Source: a virus
Virus record (IMG/VR): IMGVR_UViG_3300005096_000058
Coordinates: 1 to 64,000 of that record
DNA: 64,000 nucleotides
Reading direction: 5' to 3' (one strand)
In this document: in pieces, positions 18,619 to 28,801 of the stretch
Numbering within the stretch: position 1 is the first letter of the stretch
How the letters are laid out: each line of letters begins with the position of its first letter
Program-made: the position numbers and the translations under genes
The notes under the pieces: model-generated
The model's database searches: none
What the model was told of the DNA's origin: nothing
What the model saw: the letters and a program-made list of their open reading frames with translations, nothing else

Positions 18619-20004
18619 TCAGGTCAGCGTGAGGTTTGAGGTGGTTGTGCGTGGGAGTTGATCGTCTAGCATGACAATGTCCGAAACCGGGTCAGTCATA
18701 GTCAGGTTGTCCACACCGTCGACAGACATAGCCACCTCGATCAAACGGTTGCGGATGACGTCCCCAGAAATACCCAAATTGTTGATGTACTCAAGCAAAG
18801 CGTTCTGGACATTCGTCGCGACATCCACCGTAGAGAACCCATCACGGATGACAAGGTTTGAGGTCACCTGCACGATCAACACTTGAGGAACAGCGATCAA
18901 CACACGCACGCCCGCGGCACGCCAACCAGGAAAATTGAGTCGGTCAGCCGGGTCGCCGTCGATCACCTTCTGAACGGCAGCCATGAGACCATCGAAAGCT
19001 GTGTACGCGGCGGTGATCACCTCCCCCACAACTAGCGGCGGTGTAAAAAACAGTTCCGCATTTGCGTCGTTCAGCACAAATTCCACTGTGTCCGTCAGCA
19101 CGCCTCGCACCGACGATGTCAGCGCAAACGCGGTGGGGCCAGCGCGGCGCACGGGCTTATTGTTGAGGGTCAAGATTTCCTCACCCCCGACAGCCGAATC
19201 AGGAGGTGGGCCCGCCAGACCTTCAGTCACATTTTCTGCGGGAATCTCAATGAAGCTTTCAGCTGTGCCTTGTCCGTCGTCAATGTAGAGCGTGACCTCG
19301 CCACGATTGATGGTGTCCTCAACCGCGTGGGAGTAAATGACCCGCTGTCCAGACGAAAGCACCACGGCCTTAGCCACAAACTCCAACGCCTCGGGTGTGC
19401 AGCGCGCCAACGAAGAAATGAACTCACGAATGCGTGCGCGGAAGGAATCGTCTGTTTCCTCGTCCAGACCAAAATTGGTGTCCGAATTGTTGATGACGGT
19501 TTCGACACCTGTCGGCTTATTATCGAATTTTAGAATGGTCGACGGCACGACGTTACCGTCGATGCCTGCGATCTTGGCGATGATCGGCACGTCTGCGGAC
19601 GTTGAGAAACCGTTCATGATCTGACCAACCGCAGTAGTCTCAAACTCCTTACCGTCGGCCGTTTTAACGACGGTGCCCGCAGGAATATTGACCGTGCCCG
19701 ACGTGCCGGTGCGGCCGAAAGTGACGAATCCTGTGGCCTTTGTAGCTGAGCCCCTGGTGAGTAGGGCGGGCTGAATTTCTTGAGCGCGCGCGTCCAGATC
19801 ATCGCCGACCGCAGCATCGAGCGAAAACAAATCCCGCATCGTCCCCATCTGGAAATAGATCTCATCCATCTCGCGGGCGGGTGCGGAAAGAAGGTGCTTG
19901 AACTGGCTGGCGTCCGTCACGTCCGAAAAATCAGACTGTGCAACGACGTGGTTGATCATCGCCTGGAGGAGCTGCTCATAGCTTTTAAGGATCAAGGCGG
20001 GCAT
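18619..20004 (-). CDS. baseplate J-like protein
   Basis: A.GDDLD, A..ATG.VTF, IPAGTVV, G.DEETDDSFRAR, RAAGV. Confidence 0.9.
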   Translation of the reverse strand: MPALILKSYEQLLQAMINHVVAQSDFSDVTDASQFKHLLSAPAREMDEIYFQMGTMRDLFSLDAAVGDDLDARAQEIQPALLTRGSATKATGFVTFGRTGTSGTVNIPAGTVVKTADGKEFETTAVGQIMNGFSTSADVPIIAKIAGIDGNVVPSTILKFDNKPTGVETVINNSDTNFGLDEETDDSFRARIREFISSLARCTPEALEFVAKAVVLSSGQRVIYSHAVEDTINRGEVTLYIDDGQGTAESFIEIPAENVTEGLAGPPPDSAVGGEEILTLNNKPVRRAGPTAFALTSSVRGVLTDTVEFVLNDANAELFFTPPLVVGEVITAAYTAFDGLMAAVQKVIDGDPADRLNFPGWRAAGVRVLIAVPQVLIVQVTSNLVIRDGFSTVDVATNVQNALLEYINNLGISGDVIRNRLIEVAMSVDGVDNLTMTDPVSDIVMLDDQLPRTTTSNLTLT

Positions 20005-20017
20005 TTAGAACTCCTCT

Positions 20018-21931
20018 CTACGCTACTGGCGTGCGTATCTTCACCGGTCTGGTGAATCCGCGGACGACGGCCTCCAAGTCGACTTCCAGAACGTCTGGAG
20101 CCTCGGCCGTATTTTCAAATTGTATCCGGCGCACGTTCGCAATGCGCGGATCGGCCTGCACTGTCTCTACCACGGAAAACTGTGCCTGCTCCAGGTCCAC
20201 AATGCTGACCCCGACGCCAACCACGCGCCGCATCCCCAAGTTGCGGTAGAGAATGTCAGAGCCGCGTTCGGTCCTGATGCGCGTACGGATGCCTTGCTGC
20301 AAGTTCAGCCTTCCTACGACGCGGCGCAGGTCCACCGACCCGCCTTCCGTGTCGATCACAAAGTCAGCAAGGCCATTTGGGGCGGTATCTTCCAGCAGCA
20401 GATCGGTGCCTAGGAAATGCTCTTCTGCGGGAGCGTCTGGACTCACGCCGAGCGTGGCGGGTGATGCTCGGCGGCGTTGGCTCTTACCAAAGTTGGGCAC
20501 GAGGATGTTGTCGCCCACGTCGAGCGTGAAGGGCAGCCCTTGAGTCGAAATGTAGGGAGGCTGCAGCCCGTTAAATATGGCCAAGATCTTCCACTCGCGC
20601 GCGTTTCCCAGATACCGCGCAGCCAGATTGGCGATCGTGTCCCCCTGACCGATCACGCGCTCAACGGCGCTCGTGTAGCGCCGCACTGCACGGCCCAAAC
20701 CGAGATCATCGCGTGCGCGACGGCGATCGCCTGGGAGAAGCGCTGTGCCGAGCGTTCCGAAACCGCGGACGGTTTGCGGTGGGCCTGCCGCCTCAGCCGC
20801 TTCGAGCTCCTCAGCGCTCTTAGAGAGGGACAGGGACTGCAGCCGGTTGAAGTCCTCCACAATCGCTTCGATCGAATTTTGGAACTGCTCCGGGTAGGAG
20901 TTGATGACGTAGAGCCCGTCTTGCAACTTACGCAACGTATTGACGAGGGCCGCGGGGACCCCCCCTCCAGACGCGGCGAGGTTGAGCACGGTGGCGTCCT
21001 GGTCGATGGCAGCGAGCCCGGCACCTAAGGCGATGTTGGTGCGTGTGAGCGTGTTGGCAGGGACCCGCACCAACCGTTCTGTGCCCTCCAAAAAACGGGT
21101 GGTCGCGTCGGCCACGTCGGCCACGGTGTCGATCAGGCTGGGCCCATTGTTCAGCACCGTGGTGAGGTCGTTCTGGATTTCAGACAGATCAGCGATCCCC
21201 GCTTCCAGAAGTGACACCCCGAATTTGGACATGGCGAAGGCGTCTTTGATCGCGTCCAGAACGGTGGCGTCCTCGCTGGGAGCCTGGGACACATCAGCGG
21301 CCCCCTCAACGCAAAGTAATTTGAACTCATGCGGGTAGGTGAGCGGGCTGGCCCCGTCGCGGTTGAGGTCAAAGTTCAGAGGGACGACGCGCCAATGCTC
21401 GTCGTCTTTGGTGTTGTGAAAATAGAGCTCGGTGCCGAGGCTGGTTGCTGGATCGCGCTTGAGATCTGCGTAAATGCGAAAGACGCTGTCTTGCAGATAT
21501 TGAAAATGCTTTTGTCCAGACAGGGCTTCGATCAAGGCGTCCTGCCCCCGCTTGATCGTGCGCGTGAAGCTCTTCTGCTCAGACGGAAGAATCAGGTCAA
21601 AATCGCTTTGCTGTTTGTTCTTGCGAGGACGGAAACCAGTTGTGGCGCTGATCGTCAACTCACGCGCCAGGATGCCGTTCTCCTCAACAAACAGACCGCC
21701 GTCGAGCGTGAAACTCTTCTCGACCGCGAACGGTTCGCTCATCCTTAGCGAGGTCGGAGGCAACACCAAAGGGTAGAGGTACCCCCCGGGTACGGGGGCC
21801 TCAGTGGCTCCCTCAGGAACACGAAGCTCGAAGAAATAAACAAAGCGTTTACCGCCACGGCCACCGACATATTTGTCGTCTCCGGTGCGGTCGCGCCGTT
21901 GGGCTTCACGTGCAATTTCTAAGATGCCCAC
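20018..21931 (-). CDS. tail tube initiator/LysM + gp25-like baseplate fusion
   Basis: LysM-like GQGDTIANLAARYLG....W..LA.FNGL; C-terminal gp25-like NL.Q....RIRTERG...DPRI. Confidence 0.7.
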   Translation of the reverse strand: MGILEIAREAQRRDRTGDDKYVGGRGGKRFVYFFELRVPEGATEAPVPGGYLYPLVLPPTSLRMSEPFAVEKSFTLDGGLFVEENGILARELTISATTGFRPRKNKQQSDFDLILPSEQKSFTRTIKRGQDALIEALSGQKHFQYLQDSVFRIYADLKRDPATSLGTELYFHNTKDDEHWRVVPLNFDLNRDGASPLTYPHEFKLLCVEGAADVSQAPSEDATVLDAIKDAFAMSKFGVSLLEAGIADLSEIQNDLTTVLNNGPSLIDTVADVADATTRFLEGTERLVRVPANTLTRTNIALGAGLAAIDQDATVLNLAASGGGVPAALVNTLRKLQDGLYVINSYPEQFQNSIEAIVEDFNRLQSLSLSKSAEELEAAEAAGPPQTVRGFGTLGTALLPGDRRRARDDLGLGRAVRRYTSAVERVIGQGDTIANLAARYLGNAREWKILAIFNGLQPPYISTQGLPFTLDVGDNILVPNFGKSQRRRASPATLGVSPDAPAEEHFLGTDLLLEDTAPNGLADFVIDTEGGSVDLRRVVGRLNLQQGIRTRIRTERGSDILYRNLGMRRVVGVGVSIVDLEQAQFSVVETVQADPRIANVRRIQFENTAEAPDVLEVDLEAVVRGFTRPVKIRTPVA

Positions 21932-21939
21932 GGCGGTCC

Positions 21940-23190
21940 TCAGTTATCTGGAATAAGGAGCTTAGCTGATTCGATCGATGCGTCGTATGGGTCCATGGGG
22001 GCCGCGGGCGCGGAGGCGGTCGCTGGGGATTTCACACCAACTGCTGGGGCGCCGCTACCCCCAGACACGTCAGTCACACCGTCTGGAACGGTGTGCGTGT
22101 GGGAATTGAACGTGCTGATAATATTTTCAAGTTGGGCCTTCAGGTAGGGGTCAGCAATCGCCACCGGCACGGCGCCATCACCAAGCGTTAAGGATGCATC
22201 GCCATCTTTGTCCTGGAGCAAGAGGGTGCTGCCATCGTTGAGTTTGAGGGTCAACGTCTGGGCTGCGCCATCGAAAACCAGCTGCGACGTAGGTGTGCCC
22301 GCGTTGGCGGTCTCCAACTTGATGCTCGGGGTGGCAGTGTCTAGCTCCACGGTGATGTCCGGTTGATCGTCAGCGTCTGGATCGAGTTTGATGGTGAACT
22401 TGTCCGCTGGCCCGTCCCACTCCATCTGGAAGGAGCGCGTGGCGGGTTCGTCGGTGGGGTCTCGGTCGGAGGTGAACCCCTCAACCTTGAATTTCTGCTG
22501 ATCATTGACCCTGAACACGACGTCCCCGTGGGCGGCGTCGTCCGCTGGGGCTTCGGTACCGTCGTCCGCATAATCGCCCCCATGTGCGCGCGTGGTGTCG
22601 ACAATGAAATTACCGGAATCGTCGACCCCGTGGAAAGTTCCTCGATGCTTCCAGAAGTCCGGCTCCCCATCCGCCAGTTTAAGCTTCCCCCGGTGACCCG
22701 CTTCGGCGCGTTCTTCGTTGGCCAACCCCCAGCGCGGATGGGGCACAGCGCGCAAGATGACCGGCGCCGTGTAAATGTCATCCATAAACCCGACGAGGAC
22801 GTGGTCGCCGTCTAAGTCGCGCGGCTCCACGGTGGTGGGCTCAATTTCCCCATTTGCAACGTCGATACGGGCGGCCCTGGGTTTCCAGACGTGCCCCTCG
22901 TGCATACCGCCACTTGGTTGGGAAACCAGGCAGCGGCGCAGCAAGGCTTCCCGCATACCTTCTAGCGAGGAATAAATGAGCACATCACAGTAAACCCCGA
23001 CGACCGATTCAAATTCGTTGTTTGGGAACGGGTTGTCCCCATCGAGCTGCACGTAAGTGGCGACGACGACTCCGCGCACGAGAAGGCCGTTTGCCGACAG
23101 AGAGCTACCCCCATCTCGATCAGGGTTTGGTGTCGCTGAACTCTTGCGGTGGCGCCCAGGGACGGTTCGGTGCCGGGTATTGTCCTTCAT
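21940..23190 (-). CDS. baseplate central spike (gpV-like)
   Basis: OB-fold-like GD.VLVGF...PVI and C-terminal FNSHTH (HxH metal tip); ATGA-coupled start at 23190. Confidence 0.7.
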   Translation of the reverse strand: MKDNTRHRTVPGRHRKSSATPNPDRDGGSSLSANGLLVRGVVVATYVQLDGDNPFPNNEFESVVGVYCDVLIYSSLEGMREALLRRCLVSQPSGGMHEGHVWKPRAARIDVANGEIEPTTVEPRDLDGDHVLVGFMDDIYTAPVILRAVPHPRWGLANEERAEAGHRGKLKLADGEPDFWKHRGTFHGVDDSGNFIVDTTRAHGGDYADDGTEAPADDAAHGDVVFRVNDQQKFKVEGFTSDRDPTDEPATRSFQMEWDGPADKFTIKLDPDADDQPDITVELDTATPSIKLETANAGTPTSQLVFDGAAQTLTLKLNDGSTLLLQDKDGDASLTLGDGAVPVAIADPYLKAQLENIISTFNSHTHTVPDGVTDVSGGSGAPAVGVKSPATASAPAAPMDPYDASIESAKLLIPDN

Positions 23191-24629
23191 AGGGCCACCG
23201 TAGCGTACCGGGCTACGATGTCGCTGAGCGCCCTCAAATACGCGTTGTCGCCGCCAACCCATCCGCGCGTGACCCCGAGCGTAGTTTTCGCGCCTTGCTG
23301 CTGGGTCCAGCTTTGGCCTACGGATTCGATGTAATAGTCCTCTTGCTCGCCCTCACTGGCCCCGTTGATGCGTAGTCGGTGGCCGATCCTTGCGTCTGGA
23401 TAACAGCGAGCCAAACCCACATCCCCCGCTAGAAAATAAGGGCCTAGGCAGTGCCAATCGCGCACACGCTCCCGTTGCCCCGCAATTAAATTGAAGAGGT
23501 TCGACTCTGTGGCGGTGTACCGGCTCTGCACATTGAATGGTCGAAACCCATGCAGCCTGATGTCTTCTTCGTCCCACAATGGGCCCAACAAGTCTTTCGT
23601 GAACCCACCTTCTTGGTACGTCTGCGGCGCCACAAAATACGCGTTGAATCGGTCCTTGGTGCTCCGGGTAACCTTTTTTCTCGAAACGTGCGTGCGTGGC
23701 ACCTCCAACACGGGGAGGTTGAACCACGGCGAATCTTTGCCTTGGTCTAGTCGGGGAAAAGGTCGGTCGCGCATCCTCAGAACCATCGAAGTGTCGTTGG
23801 GCGTTGACGTAAGGCCCGGGAAGAGCTCACCGCCATCCCCGCGGCCCAGGTCACAGTAAAGCTCGCAGAACATCGGGTCGCTGTATTCCTGAGCGAGCTG
23901 CCAGATCCCCTGGCCGTTTGGGTCCATGAGTTGAGCACTCACCCCGTTGCGGGGCGGGTCGTTAGTAAAGCTTTGTTTGTCGAACAGAAAAGTCTCAGCG
24001 AAAGTAGGTGCGGCGCCCGGCATACCTTGGGGAAGCAACCAGTTTGCACGCCCCTTGTCCTCCAGCGCGCCCATAAACCCGTAGACGATTCGCTCCACAA
24101 GATCAGCCGGGTTTCCGATGGCTTTAGGCCCGTCAAACACCTTCAACGCCGCATAGCGCCCAAGTTCGGCCGCCACCCGGTTGAACCACACCTTCGTTTT
24201 GTCGAACACCGCACCAAAATCGCGACCTGAGAGGGTGTAAGTCTTGTCCGTGGCGCCCGTGCTAGCGACTCCCTCAGTTAGCGTGACGTCCTCAATCAAG
24301 CCCCGCATCACGTGGGTAGGCACTCCGTTGCGGGAGAACGAAATATCAATCCAGTCGTCGTCAACAAGGTATTCGCGAAAGTCAGGGAGCGTGCGGCCCA
24401 TAAGCTCCGAGGGCTTTAACGTCACCGAAAAACTTCCAGACGAAGAGCCCATAGCTTTATTGGTCTGGACAGCGGTGATGCTTGCGTCTGGGTCTTGGTT
24501 GCGTCTGCCTCTGAACGTGCGGGCCCCTGGGTCTGAGAACAAGATGATTGGATCGTCGCCACGGTGGTACGCCGTGACCTCGACAGAAGTGGTTTCAGAT
24601 CCCTGGAATCCGGGGGTGTTGTGCTCCAT
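23187..24629 (-). CDS. baseplate hub protein (gp27/gpD-like)
   Basis: After the tape measure; LSGRDFG..F, ELY.D, R.RPF, RIG.RL, YYIESV, TTLGVTRG. Confidence 0.7.
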   Translation of the reverse strand: MEHNTPGFQGSETTSVEVTAYHRGDDPIILFSDPGARTFRGRRNQDPDASITAVQTNKAMGSSSGSFSVTLKPSELMGRTLPDFREYLVDDDWIDISFSRNGVPTHVMRGLIEDVTLTEGVASTGATDKTYTLSGRDFGAVFDKTKVWFNRVAAELGRYAALKVFDGPKAIGNPADLVERIVYGFMGALEDKGRANWLLPQGMPGAAPTFAETFLFDKQSFTNDPPRNGVSAQLMDPNGQGIWQLAQEYSDPMFCELYCDLGRGDGGELFPGLTSTPNDTSMVLRMRDRPFPRLDQGKDSPWFNLPVLEVPRTHVSRKKVTRSTKDRFNAYFVAPQTYQEGGFTKDLLGPLWDEEDIRLHGFRPFNVQSRYTATESNLFNLIAGQRERVRDWHCLGPYFLAGDVGLARCYPDARIGHRLRINGASEGEQEDYYIESVGQSWTQQQGAKTTLGVTRGWVGGDNAYLRALSDIVARYATVAL

Positions 24630-26800
24630 TACTTAGACACGCCTTCAGATTTCTCCACCAGGCCCTCGATCACTTTGATGAGGTCGACGATGGTTTTAGA
24701 TCCCTTTTCTGCGGCGCCCCCGAGCGTTTTGGTGATCGTCTGGACCTCTTTGGCTAGCCGGGCAAATTGTCTAGTCACTTTGAGTTGCTCGTCTTCAAAG
24801 GTGAGCGCGGCGCCTGCAACACCGCGGCCAACAGCATTCTTCTCACGTGCATGCTGTGCGACTTTTGTTCTAATGGCGTCAACGTTCTGCTCAGCAAAAC
24901 CTGCTGGGCCGCCGCCGCGTTGGTAGGCCGCCGCCTGCGTGGCCGATTTGGCGAGATCTTTTCGAATCTTCTTCGTCGTAGCTGGGTCACCACCTGACAA
25001 CCTAAACGCCTCAACAGAGCTGATGTTCACCCCGAGCGAATTAAACGCGTCTTTAAGGCGTAGCTGCCCTTCGTCGTCGCTACCTGATCCTTTGAGTAAC
25101 GCTTGGATAAAGCTCTGGAAGCCTCCTTCGGAGATCTTCCCGCCTTCAGCACGGCGCTGTGCCCCCGCAAAGCCTTTGATGCCGCTTCCGCTTTTGAATC
25201 CGTACATCTTCTGAAACATAAGGAGTTGCACTGCGGAGCTGGGCCCAGACGCGCCCAGCTGCTGTCCGGCACCCAACAAGGCTTGACCTACGTTGCCGCC
25301 TCGGACACCACCAAGGCCAGCGCGTGCGAGAGTCAACCCGACGCCCCCAATTGCGGCGGGATCGAGGGGCATGCCTGTCTGCTCAAAGTTCGACAAAGAT
25401 TGGGCGCTCATCTGCATGAAATGTGTGAGTTCGCTGCCGTTTAGTCCCAGCCTCATGGCATCGCCGATTGCCTTGGTGAACGACGCCTCAGCCCCTCCGA
25501 GCCCGCCACCCAGTACGCCTTGCCGGGAGCCCTTTGCGAACGCCCCTGAAATTCCCTGGTCCAGCCCCAAATTTTGCTGGGCACCCAATGCCTGCCTAAA
25601 GAATGACCGACCAGCCCCCGCACCGGACAAGGTCTTTAGTCCCACCCCGGACGTGTTCGCTAAGCCTCCTGCGAACGAATAAAGCTCAGCGGGACCGACT
25701 CCCATACCGCTTTGGCCTCCGCCTCCAGACGCAATATCCAGAAGGGGGTTGAACAAGGCATCGCGCACTTTGCGTTCTGCGGCGCCCACGGCAGAGTTTC
25801 TGCGGCCTTCGGACCTTCTGACCGCCCGTCGCTGCCGCCGAGCTTCATCCTGAGATCCTTGTTTACGCACCCCTTCCAGGGCAGCCTCACGGGCACGGTC
25901 CTCCGCCTCCGCCAGCCCAGGTGTGTTCTGGATCTGGCTTCGAGCCGCACGCGCGGCCAATTTCGCCTGTATGCGATCACCGGCACCCCAAGCGTCTCCC
26001 AGATCCTGCCCCCCTCCAGCCCCAACCACTGTGCTCTGCAACCTTGCTGAAGCTGAGTTAGCCGCTCCGCCGACATCCATCCAAGCGGCGAGATCTCCAG
26101 CTGCGCGGATGCCCCGCTTATCCATGCGCGCGAGCGGGTTCGCCTCACGGGCGCCAGAACGTGCCCGCTCCAGATCCATCGCCATCTCCGCAGCATTCAT
26201 ACTGGGCATCAAGGCTTGCCGTTGTTGAATTGACTGAATGCCGGCCCCAGACGTCGCCATCACGTTCTGAAGCTGCCCTGCCATAAACCCGCCGACGACA
26301 GGGATGCCTTGGAGCGCTGTCGCCATACCACCCATCCCCGAGAAGCCGGCTGCAGCAAAGCCACCAGCCATGCGGGCACCGCGACGTGCTCCGCGGCCTG
26401 CGACACGTCCCGCGACATTAGAGCCGAAGCCTTGTTGGGGGAAGATGTCACCCATACCCATACCTGACATGAGCCCGCTACCAAAACCACCACGCACACC
26501 ACCACCGCCACGACCTCCACCACTCGTCATCCGGCGCATGTCTTGGTCAAGCGCTTTGAGTTCGCGCCGTAGTTCAGCTAATGCGCGCTTGCCCTCTGTG
26601 CCCCCACCCTTGAAAGCCTTGTTCAGCACGTCCAGATGCTTGGTTAGGGTTTCGACGGTTTTGTCGAGGCCCTTCATCTCACGCTCGGTATCCTTTGCCC
26701 CCCGCTTGGCAGGATCAAAGGTGCCCTTGACCGCACGCTTGGCCTGCTCAAAGCCCTTAGCCTGGGCCTCGATTACAACTCGGGTGCGGCGCTCAACCAT
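24629..26800 (-). CDS. tape measure protein
   Basis: Position after the chaperones; Gly/Ala-rich helical 723 aa. Confidence 0.65.
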   Translation of the reverse strand: MVERRTRVVIEAQAKGFEQAKRAVKGTFDPAKRGAKDTEREMKGLDKTVETLTKHLDVLNKAFKGGGTEGKRALAELRRELKALDQDMRRMTSGGGRGGGGVRGGFGSGLMSGMGMGDIFPQQGFGSNVAGRVAGRGARRGARMAGGFAAAGFSGMGGMATALQGIPVVGGFMAGQLQNVMATSGAGIQSIQQRQALMPSMNAAEMAMDLERARSGAREANPLARMDKRGIRAAGDLAAWMDVGGAANSASARLQSTVVGAGGGQDLGDAWGAGDRIQAKLAARAARSQIQNTPGLAEAEDRAREAALEGVRKQGSQDEARRQRRAVRRSEGRRNSAVGAAERKVRDALFNPLLDIASGGGGQSGMGVGPAELYSFAGGLANTSGVGLKTLSGAGAGRSFFRQALGAQQNLGLDQGISGAFAKGSRQGVLGGGLGGAEASFTKAIGDAMRLGLNGSELTHFMQMSAQSLSNFEQTGMPLDPAAIGGVGLTLARAGLGGVRGGNVGQALLGAGQQLGASGPSSAVQLLMFQKMYGFKSGSGIKGFAGAQRRAEGGKISEGGFQSFIQALLKGSGSDDEGQLRLKDAFNSLGVNISSVEAFRLSGGDPATTKKIRKDLAKSATQAAAYQRGGGPAGFAEQNVDAIRTKVAQHAREKNAVGRGVAGAALTFEDEQLKVTRQFARLAKEVQTITKTLGGAAEKGSKTIVDLIKVIEGLVEKSEGVSK

Positions 26801-27155
26801 GCGGGATGTCCTCCAAGGTCATGTCCAGATCTGGCTCGCGACCAGCGGCAATCTCAGCTTCCCAGTAGTCTACGAGGGGATCACCGGTGACGATACGGAC
26901 GGGCATGTCGAGCGCTTTCTGGAGCGATTCCAGACGTTGGTTCATGCGTCCAAGTTCACCAGCATCGACGATAAATTCAGCTTTGATGCTGGCCTGAATG
27001 TCGTCCATCTCCTCGTAAAGATCTTCGTACCATTCGAGCACAAGCTCTGAACTTGATTGCGTCTGGAAAAGGTCGTGATTTGTGGGGAGCTTGTACTTCT
27101 GAGTCCACCAACGGCGCAACTGCCCTAGGCTTGAATCAACGTTCCGCCTAGCCAA
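26793..27155 (-). CDS. tail assembly chaperone, downstream segment (probably reached by frameshift)
   Basis: RWW..KY.LP...DLF...TGDP..D.WE; lies in the +1 frame overlapping the end of the upstream chaperone. Confidence 0.65.
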   Translation of the reverse strand: MARRNVDSSLGQLRRWWTQKYKLPTNHDLFQTQSSSELVLEWYEDLYEEMDDIQASIKAEFIVDAGELGRMNQRLESLQKALDMPVRIVTGDPLVDYWEAEIAAGREPDLDMTLEDIPHG

Positions 27156-27684
27156 CGACCTTAGGCGCGTTTCGTCCGAGAAACGTGGCCTCGTGCTCGA
27201 TCACCTCCTCGTACAAGCGATAAAGGAGGTTGTTGTCGTAGAGGCCCTCAAGGTCGCGGGACCAATGACCTTCCGGGTTGGCGCTGACGTCGAGCGTGCA
27301 GGCCAGATGCGCAAGGATGAGGTTGAGCTCGGACGTGACCCCGTCGAGCGTGGCCACGGGAAGATTGAGGTTGAGCTCGACCCGGTGCGCTCCGATCGCG
27401 CGTTGGGTGCGCACGCTGGCCACCGTGTTCTTGAACGACGCCTCCCAAACTTTGTCGTGGCCGTCTTTGTAGGAGAACGCGAACGTGTACTCCTTGGTCA
27501 TCATGGACGCGCGCTTTTCTTCCAGACGCGCCTTCTCTGCTGAGGCTTTAGCAGCGGCGCCGTCGGCGGGTGGCGACACATCATCCAGACGCTTCTGGAT
27601 GTCGCCAGCGGAAGGGGTCTCTGCGATCGCAGCCGCAAGCGCGGGCGAAACAGGATTAGGCATTTGGACGGGTCGGTTGGCCAT
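27148..27684 (-). CDS. tail assembly chaperone
   Basis: Between tube and tape measure; AAGGAG SD; ends ...EATF-LG at a TTTC site. Confidence 0.65.
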   Translation of the reverse strand: MANRPVQMPNPVSPALAAAIAETPSAGDIQKRLDDVSPPADGAAAKASAEKARLEEKRASMMTKEYTFAFSYKDGHDKVWEASFKNTVASVRTQRAIGAHRVELNLNLPVATLDGVTSELNLILAHLACTLDVSANPEGHWSRDLEGLYDNNLLYRLYEEVIEHEATFLGRNAPKVVG

Positions 27685-27744
27685 GTGAGCTCCTTGGGTT
27701 CAGAGCTCCCTAGCGTAGTCCAGACGGCATGACAAAGGGGGCCT

Positions 27745-28293
27745 TTAGCCGTGGTGCACATCTGCGTGACACCCGGAACAGAGCCAAGTTACTTCCAAAG
27801 GTTTGGAGTAGTCCTCATGATGGGCCTGGATGCGCCGGTCGTCGCAGCCACATTTGGGGCAGACTTCTGGACGTATCAACTTCCCAGTTTTCACAGCGTG
27901 GTAGACTGCGTTGTACGCCCGCTTCTCTTCGGCGTAGCGGCCTTCCTGGAGATACTGCCGTTTGAGATTAGCGTTTGTAGCTCTGCCCTTGTCACTCTTT
28001 CGGTACCGCTCTTGTGATTCACGGCCAGCATCGCTCTGTTGGTAACGCTTCTTTGCGGCCTTCGCCGCAGGAGTGTGGTTAGCGCGCCGCCGAGCTTCCT
28101 TATATTTCTCCTGCGCGTCGTAGGCTTTCTGAGAGAGCTTGCCCGCTGGGGTGTTCCGGTAAGACCGTTGATAGGCGGCGAGGCAAACCTTGCACCGGCC
28201 GCTGAACCCGTCTCGGTTCGCCTTCACACGCTTAAAAGAAACGGGGAGGTCTTTGACCTCCCCGCACGAAACGCACTTCTTTTTGGTTGTCAT
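27745..28293 (-). CDS. HNH homing-type endonuclease
   Basis: N-terminal C..C...K....F......DG....CK.C and C-terminal CPKCG...AHHEDYSKPLEVTWLCSGCHADVH. Confidence 0.85.
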   Translation of the reverse strand: MTTKKKCVSCGEVKDLPVSFKRVKANRDGFSGRCKVCLAAYQRSYRNTPAGKLSQKAYDAQEKYKEARRRANHTPAAKAAKKRYQQSDAGRESQERYRKSDKGRATNANLKRQYLQEGRYAEEKRAYNAVYHAVKTGKLIRPEVCPKCGCDDRRIQAHHEDYSKPLEVTWLCSGCHADVHHG

Positions 28294-28299
28294 GAGCTG

Positions 28300-28328
28300 A
28301 CGCTACCGTGGGGGCGCCATCCTGTCAA
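28300..28328 (-). promoter_or_regulatory. sigma70-type promoter for the HNH gene (probably leaderless)
   Basis: TTGACA-N17-TAGCGT, then 6 nt to the ATG with no SD. Confidence 0.55.
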
Positions 28329-28342
28329 CCTTCGTACTCGTA

Positions 28343-28789
28343 CTATACCTCACTCTCATCTCTCATCCGAATACCTACGAAATCAGCGTCGATGGCCACG
28401 ATGCCGGTGGCGTCGACGGTGAAGTTGCGGCTCGTGATCTGCGACTGTTCCAACGTCATGATCACGGCACCCGTCTGGTTGTCCTCAATCGTCACCGTGA
28501 GCAGCCCTTGGGTGATCACGTTCGTGAGGTGCTCCTCAGGGCTGGAACCGAGCGCAGGGAACCAACCCAGGCTCTTGAGGCTCGTGCGCACGACACGGAC
28601 GAAGCCCATCGAGAATGAGACGCGGTACCGGGTAGGCACGTTCTCCTCGACCTGGATGTTGTCGAGGGCCTCAACCGGTTCCATCTGGATCTGCTCGTTG
28701 CCGTTGCAGTTCCGCGCGTAGCCGACCTTCACACCGTTCACGAGCAAGCGTGCACGTGCTCCGGTGAAGACCAATCCTTTTTCAGCCAT
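28343..28789 (-). CDS. tail tube protein
   Basis: Directly after the sheath; VFTGARARL.VNG.KVG; AGGAG SD. Confidence 0.85.
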   Translation of the reverse strand: MAEKGLVFTGARARLLVNGVKVGYARNCNGNEQIQMEPVEALDNIQVEENVPTRYRVSFSMGFVRVVRTSLKSLGWFPALGSSPEEHLTNVITQGLLTVTIEDNQTGAVIMTLEQSQITSRNFTVDATGIVAIDADFVGIRMRDESEV

Positions 28790-28801
28790 AACTCACTCCT
28801 G

